Made by a program: the position numbers and the translations under genes
Part shown: positions 19,207 through 29,041 of the stretch, piece by piece
Layout of the letters: the number at the start of each line of letters is the position of its first letter
Position numbering within the stretch: position 1 is the stretch's first letter
Assembly: GCA_964592365.1 (NCBI GenBank)
Contig: CAZQDL010000003.1
Span: 2,186 to 66,185, forward strand
Origin: an uncultured Candidatus Saccharibacteria bacterium
GTDB lineage: Bacteria > Patescibacteriota > Minisyncoccia > Phycocordibacterales > UBA1006
Length of the DNA: 64,000 nucleotides
Direction of reading: 5' to 3'
Notes under the pieces: model-generated
The model's database searches: none
What the model was told of the DNA's origin: nothing
Seen by the model: only the letters and a program-made list of their open reading frames with translations

Positions 19207-20136
19207 TTATGCCTTGAGATATTTGTAAATATCTTCAAGTGCCTTTACGGCATCACCAGCTGATATGTTGTTTTGATGATATCGTACATCAGTTACATCA
19301 CCCGCAGCCCAGATACCTAGTTGTGAGGTTCTTTGGGTATATGGATCAGCAACTATCTGATTGTATTTGTTTAGTTCAACTAAATCAGCAACAATATGTG
19401 AATTTGGTATTTGTCCAATTTCAACAAAAATTCCTGAAACAGCTAACGTATGCTCTTCGTTTGTTTTCAAATCTACATACTTCAGTCCATCAACGAATTT
19501 CTCACCAGTTACTTCAATAGTTTGTGCATTCACTATACCTTTCATGTTTTCATGACTTAGTACTTTTTGTACGGTGATAGGGTCTGCTTTAAATACCTCT
19601 GACTGTTGAAGAAGTGTTACTGACTTACAGTACGCAAGAAGCTGTGCTGCAGATTCAAATCCTGCATTTCCTCCACCGATAACAGCAACATCCATACCTG
19701 AAAACAAAGGTCCATCACATGAAGCACAGTAGGTAAGTCCTTTATGTTCAAGACGGTCAGCTCCATGAGCATCAATTTTTCTTCTTGAGCTTCCAGATAC
19801 CACAAGAACTGTTTTTGTCGTATGTTCATTTCCTTCAGAATCTATTACTACATAAAAATCTTCATTTTCTTTCTTCTGTACACTAGCTACTTTTAGTCCT
19901 TTTTTTAAGGTAAGTGATTGATTGTCCTCATAGTATTTAAGGTGATCTTCAAATGATTTTGCAAGATCACTTCCTGATATTTCAGGAGTACCAATCCAGT
20001 TGTAAATGGTTTCAGATACAACAGATTGACCTCCAAAATCTTCTGCGATGATAAGGGTGATTAATTTTTTTCGAGCCGCATATACTCCTGCTGCAGTTCC
20101 AGCAGGGCCAGCTCCGATAATGATAAGGTCGTACAT
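19207..20136 (-). CDS. trxB: thioredoxin-disulfide reductase
   Basis: FAD motif IIGAGPAG; redox-active CASCDG; NAD(P)-binding GGGNAG; 309 aa. Confidence 0.9.
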   Translation of the reverse strand: MYDLIIIGAGPAGTAAGVYAARKKLITLIIAEDFGGQSVVSETIYNWIGTPEISGSDLAKSFEDHLKYYEDNQSLTLKKGLKVASVQKKENEDFYVVIDSEGNEHTTKTVLVVSGSSRRKIDAHGADRLEHKGLTYCASCDGPLFSGMDVAVIGGGNAGFESAAQLLAYCKSVTLLQQSEVFKADPITVQKVLSHENMKGIVNAQTIEVTGEKFVDGLKYVDLKTNEEHTLAVSGIFVEIGQIPNSHIVADLVELNKYNQIVADPYTQRTSQLGIWAAGDVTDVRYHQNNISAGDAVKALEDIYKYLKA

Positions 20137-20215
20137 ATAATATTGTTGTTACGTACTGATAATTATACTTTCGTATGCTTCGAGTATATCGTAACTCATG
20201 ATATTTACTAGATTG

Positions 20216-20244
20216 TTGACATATACGTATATTATACATATAAT
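20216..20244 (+). promoter_or_regulatory. perfect-consensus sigma70 promoter TTGACA-17-TATAAT
   Basis: both hexamers identical to consensus with a 17-nt spacer, 58 nt upstream of ORF 20302. Confidence 0.6.
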
Positions 20245-20301
20245 ATATTTGAAAGGTTATATCTCTGACCATAACTAGAGAATATTTAAAAAATAAATAT
20301 T

Positions 20302-21753
20302 ATGTGTTTAGTACTGTGCCACAAAAAGCCACACATTGAAGAGCTTACTGAGCTTTACGTTATCAGAGAATTGGAGGGTGAATATAACCTGACAATTCAA
20401 TACAAGTTTATCAATGAATCTGAATTGCCAGGTATGTTGAAGCAATTTCCAAATGCAATTGTTCTTGGTATGGGTGATTCAGAATTTGATGAGCATCCAA
20501 GAAATGGAAAGAAAAAAGAAGCAGAAAGTTCAATAGAGCTGTTTGCTAAAAAATTTGGAGTACTAATAGAAACCAGAGAGTTTGGTGGCATTATGCATTA
20601 TGCAAAAATTAATGACACTAAAGGATCAACGATTCTTTTGGAACTAGGAAACATTGTCAAAGAGTTCTTTAAGAACTCAGAAGTTGATAAGGTTACCGTT
20701 AATTGGTTCTTTGATTACATGGACAAAGATCTTCAAATTCTTCGTTCATATACGGAAGATGAATTGAAAAGCTTGTACCTAACATCAGAAAATTCTTTAC
20801 GCATCAGCGCTAGAGAATATGACGCTCAATTCAGAGCAGATGTGAAGCGTGAACATAAGAATCGATATGATTCAATTGTTATCCCAACATTACATAGTTT
20901 CAACACTCTTGTGGCTGTACGAATTGCAAAAGCATACGGAAAAGATCTTGGCATTTCCAAAAATACTAAGATTAAATTCATCGATACAAAAAACTATCGT
21001 GTACGAAAAGGTGAATTAGCAATCGGTTTTGGTAATGGTGAATTCTCAACATTTCCAGCAGAAAAAATGTTACAAGTTTGTAACATCAAACATGATTTCT
21101 ATAACAAATTTTATGTACTGATGGAATATTTGCGATCTGTAAATTTAAGAAATGGCTATCATCAATATGAATTTGCTTCGATGTATATTCGAAGACAGCT
21201 TCAAACAAATGAAAATCTATTTCTAGGGTTATGGGACACCTACAAATGGGGTAGCCGCATTATCGATCTCTATATCAAAAAGCAACAACATTTCATTGCG
21301 GCAAAAAATGAGCTTGGAAAACTTCTAAAAGAAAAAAAGGCTTATTTTGCAAAGGTTAATGGAATGAAGGTGCTTACCGTTCATTCATACAATGAAGTTG
21401 AAATGGTAAACACTGCTTTTGCAAAAAATGGATTTCAATGTGACGTTGTTATCGCAAAGAATCTAAGAGGGAATATGGTCATCTTATTCAAAGATGAGGC
21501 CAAAAGAAGATTCAATGTTCCGGGTATTGTAAAGTCAATTCGAAAAGCAGAAATGCTTAAGCGAGGAATTAGTATTCAAGATGATAGGTACTGGCTACTT
21601 TATTCAGAAGGTATACTTGATGAAGTACCCTGGTGGTTTTATGACAAAAAAACTGGTGGTATCTTTAACGGTTCTAGAACGAGAACAGATATAGAGCCAA
21701 CGGTTATATCTGTAAACAAAGTGTTAGGAATTCTAAAATTGAACAAAAAGTAA
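20302..21753 (+). CDS. hypothetical protein, 483 aa, no recognisable family
   Basis: long uninterrupted ORF; no P-loop, HxxH, DHH, nucleotidyltransferase or other motif recognised by eye; terminator follows. Confidence 0.6.
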   Translation: MCLVLCHKKPHIEELTELYVIRELEGEYNLTIQYKFINESELPGMLKQFPNAIVLGMGDSEFDEHPRNGKKKEAESSIELFAKKFGVLIETREFGGIMHYAKINDTKGSTILLELGNIVKEFFKNSEVDKVTVNWFFDYMDKDLQILRSYTEDELKSLYLTSENSLRISAREYDAQFRADVKREHKNRYDSIVIPTLHSFNTLVAVRIAKAYGKDLGISKNTKIKFIDTKNYRVRKGELAIGFGNGEFSTFPAEKMLQVCNIKHDFYNKFYVLMEYLRSVNLRNGYHQYEFASMYIRRQLQTNENLFLGLWDTYKWGSRIIDLYIKKQQHFIAAKNELGKLLKEKKAYFAKVNGMKVLTVHSYNEVEMVNTAFAKNGFQCDVVIAKNLRGNMVILFKDEAKRRFNVPGIVKSIRKAEMLKRGISIQDDRYWLLYSEGILDEVPWWFYDKKTGGIFNGSRTRTDIEPTVISVNKVLGILKLNKK

Positions 21754-21757
21754 CAAT

Positions 21758-21792
21758 AAGGCAGTTGTAGATATACAGCTGCCTTTTATTTT
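21758..21792 (+). terminator. rho-independent terminator
   Basis: GGCAGTTG...CAGCTGCC hairpin followed by TTTTATTTTT. Confidence 0.7.
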
Positions 21793-21828
21793 TCCTAAAA
21801 AGTAGATATACTAAAAAAAACAATAGAC

Positions 21829-22263
21829 ATGAAGAAAAATAAAATAATTCTAAGTAGAAAAAAGGTTCTGTTTAAACCAAACCTTAGTAATACAAGAGAA
21901 AATATTTTGTATAAAAAGCTACCTGTTAATTTCACCTTGGCACAAAAGGGAAGGTGCTATACCGCTTTACATACTCGCTTTAGAGTAAGTAAAAAGAATT
22001 ATATCAACATATTTATCTACGGTAGAAAGAAAACTCTTAAATCATTAAAGGAAAATACATTTCTTACCGGTGAATTAGTAATCATCGAAACGTGCTTACA
22101 CGATAGTATTCACTTTTTCGTAGATGTACCTGATGAAAAGAATCTACCTATTTTAAGACTTGTTTATGATGACTTTGTCATTCCTCAAAAAGAAAAGTTC
22201 ATACAGATAGTACCACCTCAAGGAGGAAACATTCTCCTTGAGAAAATAAAAAAAGCTGTTTAA
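21829..22263 (+). CDS. hypothetical basic protein, 144 aa
   Basis: K/R-rich N-terminus; no motif; stop overlaps a bidirectional terminator. Confidence 0.5.
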   Translation: MKKNKIILSRKKVLFKPNLSNTRENILYKKLPVNFTLAQKGRCYTALHTRFRVSKKNYINIFIYGRKKTLKSLKENTFLTGELVIIETCLHDSIHFFVDVPDEKNLPILRLVYDDFVIPQKEKFIQIVPPQGGNILLEKIKKAV

Positions 22264-22276
22264 TACAGCTTTTTTC
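22247..22276. terminator. bidirectional terminator shared with ftsZ
   Basis: AAAAAAGCTGT-TTAAT-ACAGCTTTTTT. Confidence 0.75.
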
Positions 22277-23412
22277 TATTTCTTTCCTCTTCTTAGAAAT
22301 GCAGGAACTGCCGACCAGTCATCTACATCATCAATTTCTTCGATTTCCTCAATTTCTTCAATTTCTTTTCGAGCCTCAGCTCTTACTATTGGTTGTTCAC
22401 GTGGCTCTTCACGTCTCACTTGTGGAGCTGGAGAAGAAACTTGTTTCTTCTGAATAATCCCATCAAATCCAGTTGCAATAACAGTAACTTTGATTTCACC
22501 TTTCTTCAAACTATCATCATGAATAGTTCCGAAGATTACACGTGCATTTGAATCAATTGATTCAGTAATAGTTGTTGCGATGTCATTTACCTCACTCATT
22601 GTTACATCATCACCACCAGATATTGCAAAGAGTACTCCCTTAGCACCATCAACTTCAATATCTAGTAGAGGTGAATTAATAGCCATATTTGCAGCCTCAG
22701 CAGCTCTGTTTTCACCTGAAGCTTTACCAATTCCCATAAATGCTGATCCAGCATCACGTAGAATGGTTTGAATATCAGCATAATCAATGTTGATAATTCC
22801 AGGAGTTGTAATTAGCTCAGAAATACTTTCAACTGCCTGTTTAAGGATGTTGTCAGAAATAGTGAATGCTTCTTTGAAGCTCATTTCTTTTCCTGCAATA
22901 GCTAGTAGCTTGTCATTTGGAATAGTGATAAGTGCATCAACTTCTTTTTCTAATGCTTCAATACCAGCTTCTGCAATTCTTCTTCGTTGTTCACCTTCAA
23001 ATCCAAAAGGTTTTGTGACTACTCCAACGGTAAGAATTCCTTCTTCCTTTGCTATACGTGCAATAACAGGAGAAGCACCAGTTCCGGTTCCTCCTCCCAT
23101 ACCTGCAGCAATGAAAACCATATCAGCACCTTTGATTGCTTCTTGGATTTCAGCTTTAGTTTCTTCAGCAGCGGATTGTCCTACTTCAGGATTCATTCCT
23201 GATCCAAGACCCTTTGTTAGGTTCTTTCCAATATGGATTTTTCTATCAGCATTTGAATGATGTAAATCTTGGGTATCGGTATTTACCGCAATGAATTCAA
23301 CACCATTAATTTTTGATGAGATCATGTGATTGATGGCATTTCCACCACTTCCTCCAGCTCCGATAACTTTAATTCGTGCGAAGGTTTCAATTTCAGGGTT
23401 TAGTTTAGGCAT
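22276..23412 (-). CDS. ftsZ: cell division GTPase FtsZ
   Basis: tubulin signature GGGTGTG; T7 loop; C-terminal conserved peptide ...DDWSAVPAFLRRGKK; (EIE)n linker. Confidence 0.95.
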   Translation of the reverse strand: MPKLNPEIETFARIKVIGAGGSGGNAINHMISSKINGVEFIAVNTDTQDLHHSNADRKIHIGKNLTKGLGSGMNPEVGQSAAEETKAEIQEAIKGADMVFIAAGMGGGTGTGASPVIARIAKEEGILTVGVVTKPFGFEGEQRRRIAEAGIEALEKEVDALITIPNDKLLAIAGKEMSFKEAFTISDNILKQAVESISELITTPGIINIDYADIQTILRDAGSAFMGIGKASGENRAAEAANMAINSPLLDIEVDGAKGVLFAISGGDDVTMSEVNDIATTITESIDSNARVIFGTIHDDSLKKGEIKVTVIATGFDGIIQKKQVSSPAPQVRREEPREQPIVRAEARKEIEEIEEIEEIDDVDDWSAVPAFLRRGKK

Positions 23413-23493
23413 AGTATATTTTTCTTATGTAATATGTTTGGTATTGTACCAAACCAATGGACAGTAGCAAGAGCTACACGGTTAATTGACAAT

Positions 23494-24654
23494 TTATGGT
23501 CTTAGTTGGGAGATAAAATAACGTACTTTCTTTTTCAAAGAAGCAAGTGAAAAAATGGATTCTGATATTTCATCTGGCCCATCAAGAGAACACAAACCGT
23601 AGGCTATTGAAAATTTAGGGCTGATAAACTTCTTTTGTTTCTTCTGGGAATCTTGTACCTCGATACGAACCAAGGTAGAAGGAATACGAAGCATTGAACG
23701 TCCAAGCTCAGCAATACCTTCTGCCAGTGAGCCACTACCTGTCCAAAATGCTCCAGCTGGTAGTAACCTATTCTTCCGAATGCTTTTAAGATGCTGTTCA
23801 ACTGACTCTACAATATCGATAATACGAGCATTTCTAATTTCCTCAACTCTCTTCTTAGGGTGGTTGTTATTTTCACCATGCTTCACAGAACGAGCCTCTT
23901 CAATTGGAATTTGCAATCCAAGAGCAAGATCATTGGTAATATCATTTGATCCTAGTGGAATAACTTTAAGAGAGGTAAGGATGCCATGTTCATAGGTACT
24001 TACCTGGGTAGTTTCTGAACCAATATTGATAAGTACAGCACCTTGTTTTCGCTGATCATTATTAAGAGAATAGGATGCATCTGCAAGTGGAGCAGCAACA
24101 ATATCCTCAATATTAATACCAACAGCTTCGATCACCGAGACAAGTGAATCAAAATGGTGTTCAGGAATTGTTACTAAAATTATTTTAGCTTCAATGCTTG
24201 ATCCAAACATACCAACAGGACTTCCAAGTACATCTCTTCCATCTACTTTATAACTAATAGGGATAACATGGAGAATCTTCTTATTCGGATACTTATCAGA
24301 AAAAAGTGTCTCAGCTTTTCCAACAACATCACTAAGATCTTGTGATGAAAGCTCAGATTCTTTTTTCTTAAGAATAATATTTGTTCGGACATATTGTGAT
24401 GCCAAACCAATACCACCAATGGAAAAAGAAGCAGACTCAAGTTTTCTCTTTGATTTTCTTTCAAATTCTTTGACAGCTACCTTTAATGCCTCAGTACATT
24501 GAGCAATATCACGTATATATCCTCTATCAATACCAAAGGAAGGTGTAAGAGATGTATGACTGATAGAAATATCCTTTCCCTCAAAAATCTCACATCCAAC
24601 GATTGCGATGTGACCTGTTCCGATATCAATAGAAGTTTGGTAAGTGTTGTTCAT
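23494..24654 (-). CDS. ftsA: cell division protein FtsA
   Basis: actin-fold motifs IDIGTG, IGSETT, IPLGSNDITNDLA; sits immediately upstream of ftsZ. Confidence 0.85.
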   Translation of the reverse strand: MNNTYQTSIDIGTGHIAIVGCEIFEGKDISISHTSLTPSFGIDRGYIRDIAQCTEALKVAVKEFERKSKRKLESASFSIGGIGLASQYVRTNIILKKKESELSSQDLSDVVGKAETLFSDKYPNKKILHVIPISYKVDGRDVLGSPVGMFGSSIEAKIILVTIPEHHFDSLVSVIEAVGINIEDIVAAPLADASYSLNNDQRKQGAVLINIGSETTQVSTYEHGILTSLKVIPLGSNDITNDLALGLQIPIEEARSVKHGENNNHPKKRVEEIRNARIIDIVESVEQHLKSIRKNRLLPAGAFWTGSGSLAEGIAELGRSMLRIPSTLVRIEVQDSQKKQKKFISPKFSIAYGLCSLDGPDEISESIFSLASLKKKVRYFISQLRP

Positions 24655-24662
24655 AGGGAAGA

Positions 24663-25061
24663 CTAGCTAAATGTTACCTTGTTTAGGTAATATTGCTCTT
24701 GCTCATCCATTTTATCACTGTGTTCCATTCCTTTCAAATGCAAGCATGCATGAATGAATAGAAACATAACATGTTGATGGTAATGATGTCCGTATTTTTT
24801 TGCTTCAGACCGAGCCTTTAAGAGGGTAATAATAATTTCTCCTTCTTGCTCCTCTAAAGGAAAAGCTAAAACATTCACTGGATCATCTTTTTTCTTCCAG
24901 TCTTTATGAAGCTGAATTGAATCATGTATAGTAGGGAAGGTAAGAGACAGTAGGTACTCTTTTCCGAGAATATCGTTTTTTATAGCAAGAAAAGGCAGGT
25001 TTGGAATCCCGCCTTTTGTCATTCTGGTGATCGTGAAGTTTTTAAACTCCTTGATCTCCAT
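24663..25061 (-). CDS. ybeY: rRNA maturation endoribonuclease YbeY
   Basis: H-x-x-x-H-x-x-x-x-x-H zinc motif HACLHLKGMEH; 132 aa. Confidence 0.85.
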   Translation of the reverse strand: MEIKEFKNFTITRMTKGGIPNLPFLAIKNDILGKEYLLSLTFPTIHDSIQLHKDWKKKDDPVNVLAFPLEEQEGEIIITLLKARSEAKKYGHHYHQHVMFLFIHACLHLKGMEHSDKMDEQEQYYLNKVTFS

Positions 25062-25064
25062 ATA

Positions 25065-25307
25065 TTATCGTCGTGAACGCTTATCAGTAACAAGTCCCAT
25101 TTTTTCTTTGAGCTCGTACTCATTTCGCTTTTCAATCTTGTTTAGTGCATTTTGCTTCTTTTTGAAATCAGAATCTGCACGTTCAAAATATCGAAGTGAG
25201 CGTTTTTTTCTTAGTACTCCAGAAATTTTTATCTTTCGAGAAAATTTTCGAAGTAATCCAAGTGCGTTGTCATTTTTTGACTTTTTAATATCTACATTAG
25301 TTGCCAT
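25065..25307 (-). CDS. rpsU: 30S ribosomal protein S21
   Basis: LRKFSRK...SGVL...YFE...KK pattern matches bS21; internal Met start chosen (MATNVDIKK). Confidence 0.7.
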   Translation of the reverse strand: MATNVDIKKSKNDNALGLLRKFSRKIKISGVLRKKRSLRYFERADSDFKKKQNALNKIEKRNEYELKEKMGLVTDKRSRR

Positions 25308-25350
25308 ATGTACCGGGATATTATCACAGGCTTGATATACGAGCAAGTCA

Positions 25351-27327
25351 CTATACGTGAATATGAACCTTCTTCTGTGCACCAAGTTCAGAAACCACCT
25401 CTCTTAACATAAGGTATTGCTTACTTGATCCCCAATGCTTAGGTTCAAATTTAATGTATATGGTAATGAGTGCTTCTTGTTTTGTTGTTCCTGGACCTAC
25501 TGAAATACTTGGATCAAATACATTAAACAATTTCTCATACTGAAAAAATGATCTTTTAAGAGTATTTTTTTTAATAGGAATTGATATTTCAACAAGGGTT
25601 TGAAATGGTGGTAGGTTGTATTTCTTTCTCTCTTTGAGTTCTCTTTTAACAAAGTCTTGAAGCATTCCTGTTTCAATAATATCAACATGAGTTAAGAGAT
25701 CCTTTCTATCTTGGATATAGGTGGTTTCCTTTGTTTTTTCAGCAATAGTTGTAAGAAGATATATCAGTTGTTCTTCGGTATCATAGCTCACACTCGAGAG
25801 TAGTGATGCAAAACTTGTAACAACTGAAATATCAACCTCATCAATCTCAAATACCGCTTTAGATGTTCCAACGATAATCAAAGGTGCATTACCTTGATAG
25901 TGTTTGATGTATTCATTCCTATCTTTGGTAGTCTTCATTTCCATTGCGTCATAGCAAATAACTTGTGCATGCGGAAAATCAATAGCTAATAAATCAGCTA
26001 GCTGTGATGTTCCTATACCCATGCGTACAAGTGAGACACCTTTACAAAACTGACAGGTATCAAAGGCTTGAATCTTCTCACCTGTCTTTACACAAACATA
26101 TACCGGTTCTTGCTTCTGTGTTACTTGGTTTTTTTGTATGAATAGACTATATGGTTTACCTGATTGTGGTGATACTGCAAGATTACCACATTCACTACAT
26201 ACCATGTGGGGTGCTTGACCTTTTTTAGGTGCATACACAAAAACTTTTTTTTGATGCGAAACTGCCTCTTTAATAGCGGTATAGCTTTCATGGTGAAGTG
26301 GATGAAATCCTTGCTTTACATGACGTAATTCTTTAATTCTCTCTGATTCAGTTTGCTTCGATGGTCCAATTGAATATCTAAGAAGTGAAATCTTTTTAGT
26401 ATCAAACATCTTTTGAGAACAAGGATCAATGGCATGCATTTCACCTTTCTGTTCTCTAGACCAACTTTTGAGATCTACCATGCTATCAGCATAGGTACAG
26501 TTACTGTGCATGTGGTAAGCAAGGCGTTCAACAACTTTACGAATATCTACATATGGTTGTGCAACATCACGTTGGTAATATGGAGAGCTACTTTGGTGAA
26601 TTATGTACTCACTAATATTTTTAGGAAACAATGCAAGAGCTGAATAGGTTCCAATAACAATTGAACCTTCATCTGATGAGTACAGAGTATTAATGAGAGT
26701 CATAAGTGCACTTGATCGCAATTTTCCATGAACAAGGTACGATCGTTCTTCAATACCTTTTGTTACCAATGAAAACACCTTCTGAGCTTCAATAACGGTT
26801 GGGCATATGATGATAAGGGATTGTTTTTTTCCAAGTGCTTCACGAGCCTTAGTTTTGTAATACCGCATCCTGTCATCATTTTTCTGCTGAAGTATATATA
26901 ATTCAGGAACTACCTCTTTTGAAGAAAAATCTTGCTTTGGTATAGAAATTTCAGAAAAATTCTTAATCATTGCTTTTGGACATAGCGATTGTATAAGAGA
27001 ACTCATACTACATAGATATAGATCTGAAATTTCACTCGCCATTGAAAGAAATGCTTCTGAAAATATTTGTGTTCGATGAATTTTCGATATATTCCTTATC
27101 TGAAACGAAGAGTTACGAAGTAATGATTTCATCTCCATTGCAGATCTCTTTGCAACAACTAAAGCAGGTACCTCTTTGTTACGAAGAGGTACTGAAACTA
27201 AAGAACCTAAAGCTACATCCTTTGCAGAAAAATAGCTGAGGTGATCTTGGGGCAATAGTTGTGACAGGGGAATAACATCAAGAATATACATGGATACAAG
27301 TGTACGAGCTATTATCAAATATCGCAA
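25351..27327 (-). CDS. primosomal protein N' (PriA)-like with degenerate ATPase motifs
   Basis: N-terminal 3'-DNA-binding-like region; two CxxC...CxxC zinc clusters; C-terminal KYNLPPF; collinear with PriA but the Walker A position lacks GxGKT and DEEH is replaced by IHQS; alternative start 27291. Confidence 0.75.
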   Translation of the reverse strand: MRYLIIARTLVSMYILDVIPLSQLLPQDHLSYFSAKDVALGSLVSVPLRNKEVPALVVAKRSAMEMKSLLRNSSFQIRNISKIHRTQIFSEAFLSMASEISDLYLCSMSSLIQSLCPKAMIKNFSEISIPKQDFSSKEVVPELYILQQKNDDRMRYYKTKAREALGKKQSLIIICPTVIEAQKVFSLVTKGIEERSYLVHGKLRSSALMTLINTLYSSDEGSIVIGTYSALALFPKNISEYIIHQSSSPYYQRDVAQPYVDIRKVVERLAYHMHSNCTYADSMVDLKSWSREQKGEMHAIDPCSQKMFDTKKISLLRYSIGPSKQTESERIKELRHVKQGFHPLHHESYTAIKEAVSHQKKVFVYAPKKGQAPHMVCSECGNLAVSPQSGKPYSLFIQKNQVTQKQEPVYVCVKTGEKIQAFDTCQFCKGVSLVRMGIGTSQLADLLAIDFPHAQVICYDAMEMKTTKDRNEYIKHYQGNAPLIIVGTSKAVFEIDEVDISVVTSFASLLSSVSYDTEEQLIYLLTTIAEKTKETTYIQDRKDLLTHVDIIETGMLQDFVKRELKERKKYNLPPFQTLVEISIPIKKNTLKRSFFQYEKLFNVFDPSISVGPGTTKQEALITIYIKFEPKHWGSSKQYLMLREVVSELGAQKKVHIHV

Positions 27328-27331
27328 TATT

Positions 27332-27353
27332 AAAACACCTTTTACGGTGTTTT
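27332..27353 (-). terminator. hairpin at the 3' end of murA (weak T-run)
   Basis: AACACC-TTTTAC-GGTGTT overlapping the stop. Confidence 0.4.
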
Positions 27354-28887
27354 AAATTTCCTTTATCACTTCAATATCTGCTCCAATTGAATTAAGTCGT
27401 TCTACAATATTTTCATAACCACGTTTAATTGAGTATACGTTCCTTAGAATAGAACGTCCCTCAATACCAAGCATAGTTACCATGATCATGGTTGAAGGGC
27501 GAAGTGCTGGAGGACAAATAACTTCACCTGGTGAAAGGTTAAAGCCTCCTTCAATAAATACACGGTGTTGATCAGCAAGTCGTATTTGAGCACCAAGTCT
27601 ATTTAACTGTGTGAAATAGATAGCTCTATTCTCCCACATCCAATCATGGATAAGAGTAGTTCCTTTTGCTTTCAGTGCCACAGGAACGAAGAAGGGAAGG
27701 TTGTCAGTATTTATTCCAGGATATGGAGTTGCATGAATCTTGTCGGTAAGTGCATGCATACTGTGAGGTGGTAATACGGTAATATCAACAAGTTCTGTCT
27801 TCTTGTTCTTTGATTTGTAACGTATTGATTGATTAATATTTACTCCCATTTTTTCCAACTTAAGTAATTCAAGTTTAAGGAAATCAATAGGGCATCGTTC
27901 GATGGTAAGTTTTGAATTAGTTGCAATAGCAGCTGAGATAAACATCATTGATTCAATAGGATCTTCACTATTATGATGTTCAATATTTACATTAATATCT
28001 TTTACCCCATGAACGATGAGTTTCAAGGTACCAATTCCTTCAATTTTCACTCCCATTTTTTGAAGTAGAAAACAAACATCCTGAACCATGTAATTTTGTT
28101 GTGCAAAATGAATTGTCGTAGGTCCTGGAATTCCAGCAGCTGCAATTACAATATTTTCTGTAGCCGTATCTGAAGCTTCGTACATGACAATTTCTGCAGG
28201 CTTTAACTTCAATCTTTCAACAAGGTATCCAGTAGATTGTGTGGTGATATTCATACCAAGTGACTCAAGACCATGTTTATGTGCAGCAATAGTTCGTTCT
28301 CCCATTTTACAACCTCCTGCAGTAGGGATTTTAAATGACTTCATGTGGTGAACAAGTGAACCAATACACATAAGGAACGAACGTACGGTTTGTGCAGACT
28401 TCTTGTTTAGCTTATCAAAGTTATATCTCTTTGGTGGTGTTATTCTAATTGAATTCTTTGCAATCCATTCCACATCAACTCCCATACTTTCAAATATTTC
28501 AATGAATCGAAATACCTCTTGAATTCGAGGAATACCATGTAAGGTAGTCACTCCTTTGTTCAACAAGCTAGCACTCATCATCCCCATAGCACCGTTCTTT
28601 GATGTGTTTGTAGCGATAGTTCCTGAAAGCTTCTTCCCACCGTTGATGATAAAATCGTCTCGTTCTTCTCTTCGAAGTTTAATGAGTTGGTGATCAAGAG
28701 CATCACCAATTTTAATAAGTTCTTGTGTTGAAAAATTCAAGCCACCTTTTTCCATTCGTGCAACAGCACTTTGTGTCGTTTCTAGAATTTCTGCAAACTG
28801 TGCTTGCGTAAGGCCCTTTTCCTTTCGAAGCAACTTAATGAAATCACCAATCTCTTTTTGTTGTCTGTTTATTGTTTCAGTATTCAT
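27352..28887 (-). CDS. murA: UDP-N-acetylglucosamine 1-carboxyvinyltransferase with an N-terminal XRE-type HTH domain
   Basis: residues about 10-70 carry the HTH pattern LRKEKGLTQAQFAEILETTQSAVARMEKG; the rest is collinear with MurA including the active-site Cys context GGCKMGER. Confidence 0.85.
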   Translation of the reverse strand: MNTETINRQQKEIGDFIKLLRKEKGLTQAQFAEILETTQSAVARMEKGGLNFSTQELIKIGDALDHQLIKLRREERDDFIINGGKKLSGTIATNTSKNGAMGMMSASLLNKGVTTLHGIPRIQEVFRFIEIFESMGVDVEWIAKNSIRITPPKRYNFDKLNKKSAQTVRSFLMCIGSLVHHMKSFKIPTAGGCKMGERTIAAHKHGLESLGMNITTQSTGYLVERLKLKPAEIVMYEASDTATENIVIAAAGIPGPTTIHFAQQNYMVQDVCFLLQKMGVKIEGIGTLKLIVHGVKDINVNIEHHNSEDPIESMMFISAAIATNSKLTIERCPIDFLKLELLKLEKMGVNINQSIRYKSKNKKTELVDITVLPPHSMHALTDKIHATPYPGINTDNLPFFVPVALKAKGTTLIHDWMWENRAIYFTQLNRLGAQIRLADQHRVFIEGGFNLSPGEVICPPALRPSTMIMVTMLGIEGRSILRNVYSIKRGYENIVERLNSIGADIEVIKEI

Positions 28888-29041
28888 AGCTAAGTATTTG
28901 TTATCAAATATAGCGTATATGATATATCTTTTAGTATATTAAAGTCAAATTATATATGTAGATAAGCTGTATATATCAAAAAAGTGTTCAAAATGCTCGT
29001 TGTTCTTTTCAGGCTTCGTGATAGTATTTTGGTATATGGGA

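Noticed and set aside
22787-23260. 157-aa + strand ORF antisense to ftsZ (with 22580-22771 and 22987-23202)
   Set aside because: Low-complexity Ser/Ala/Pro/Ile-rich translation typical of the reverse frame of a G/A/E-rich gene; entirely inside the well-supported ftsZ CDS
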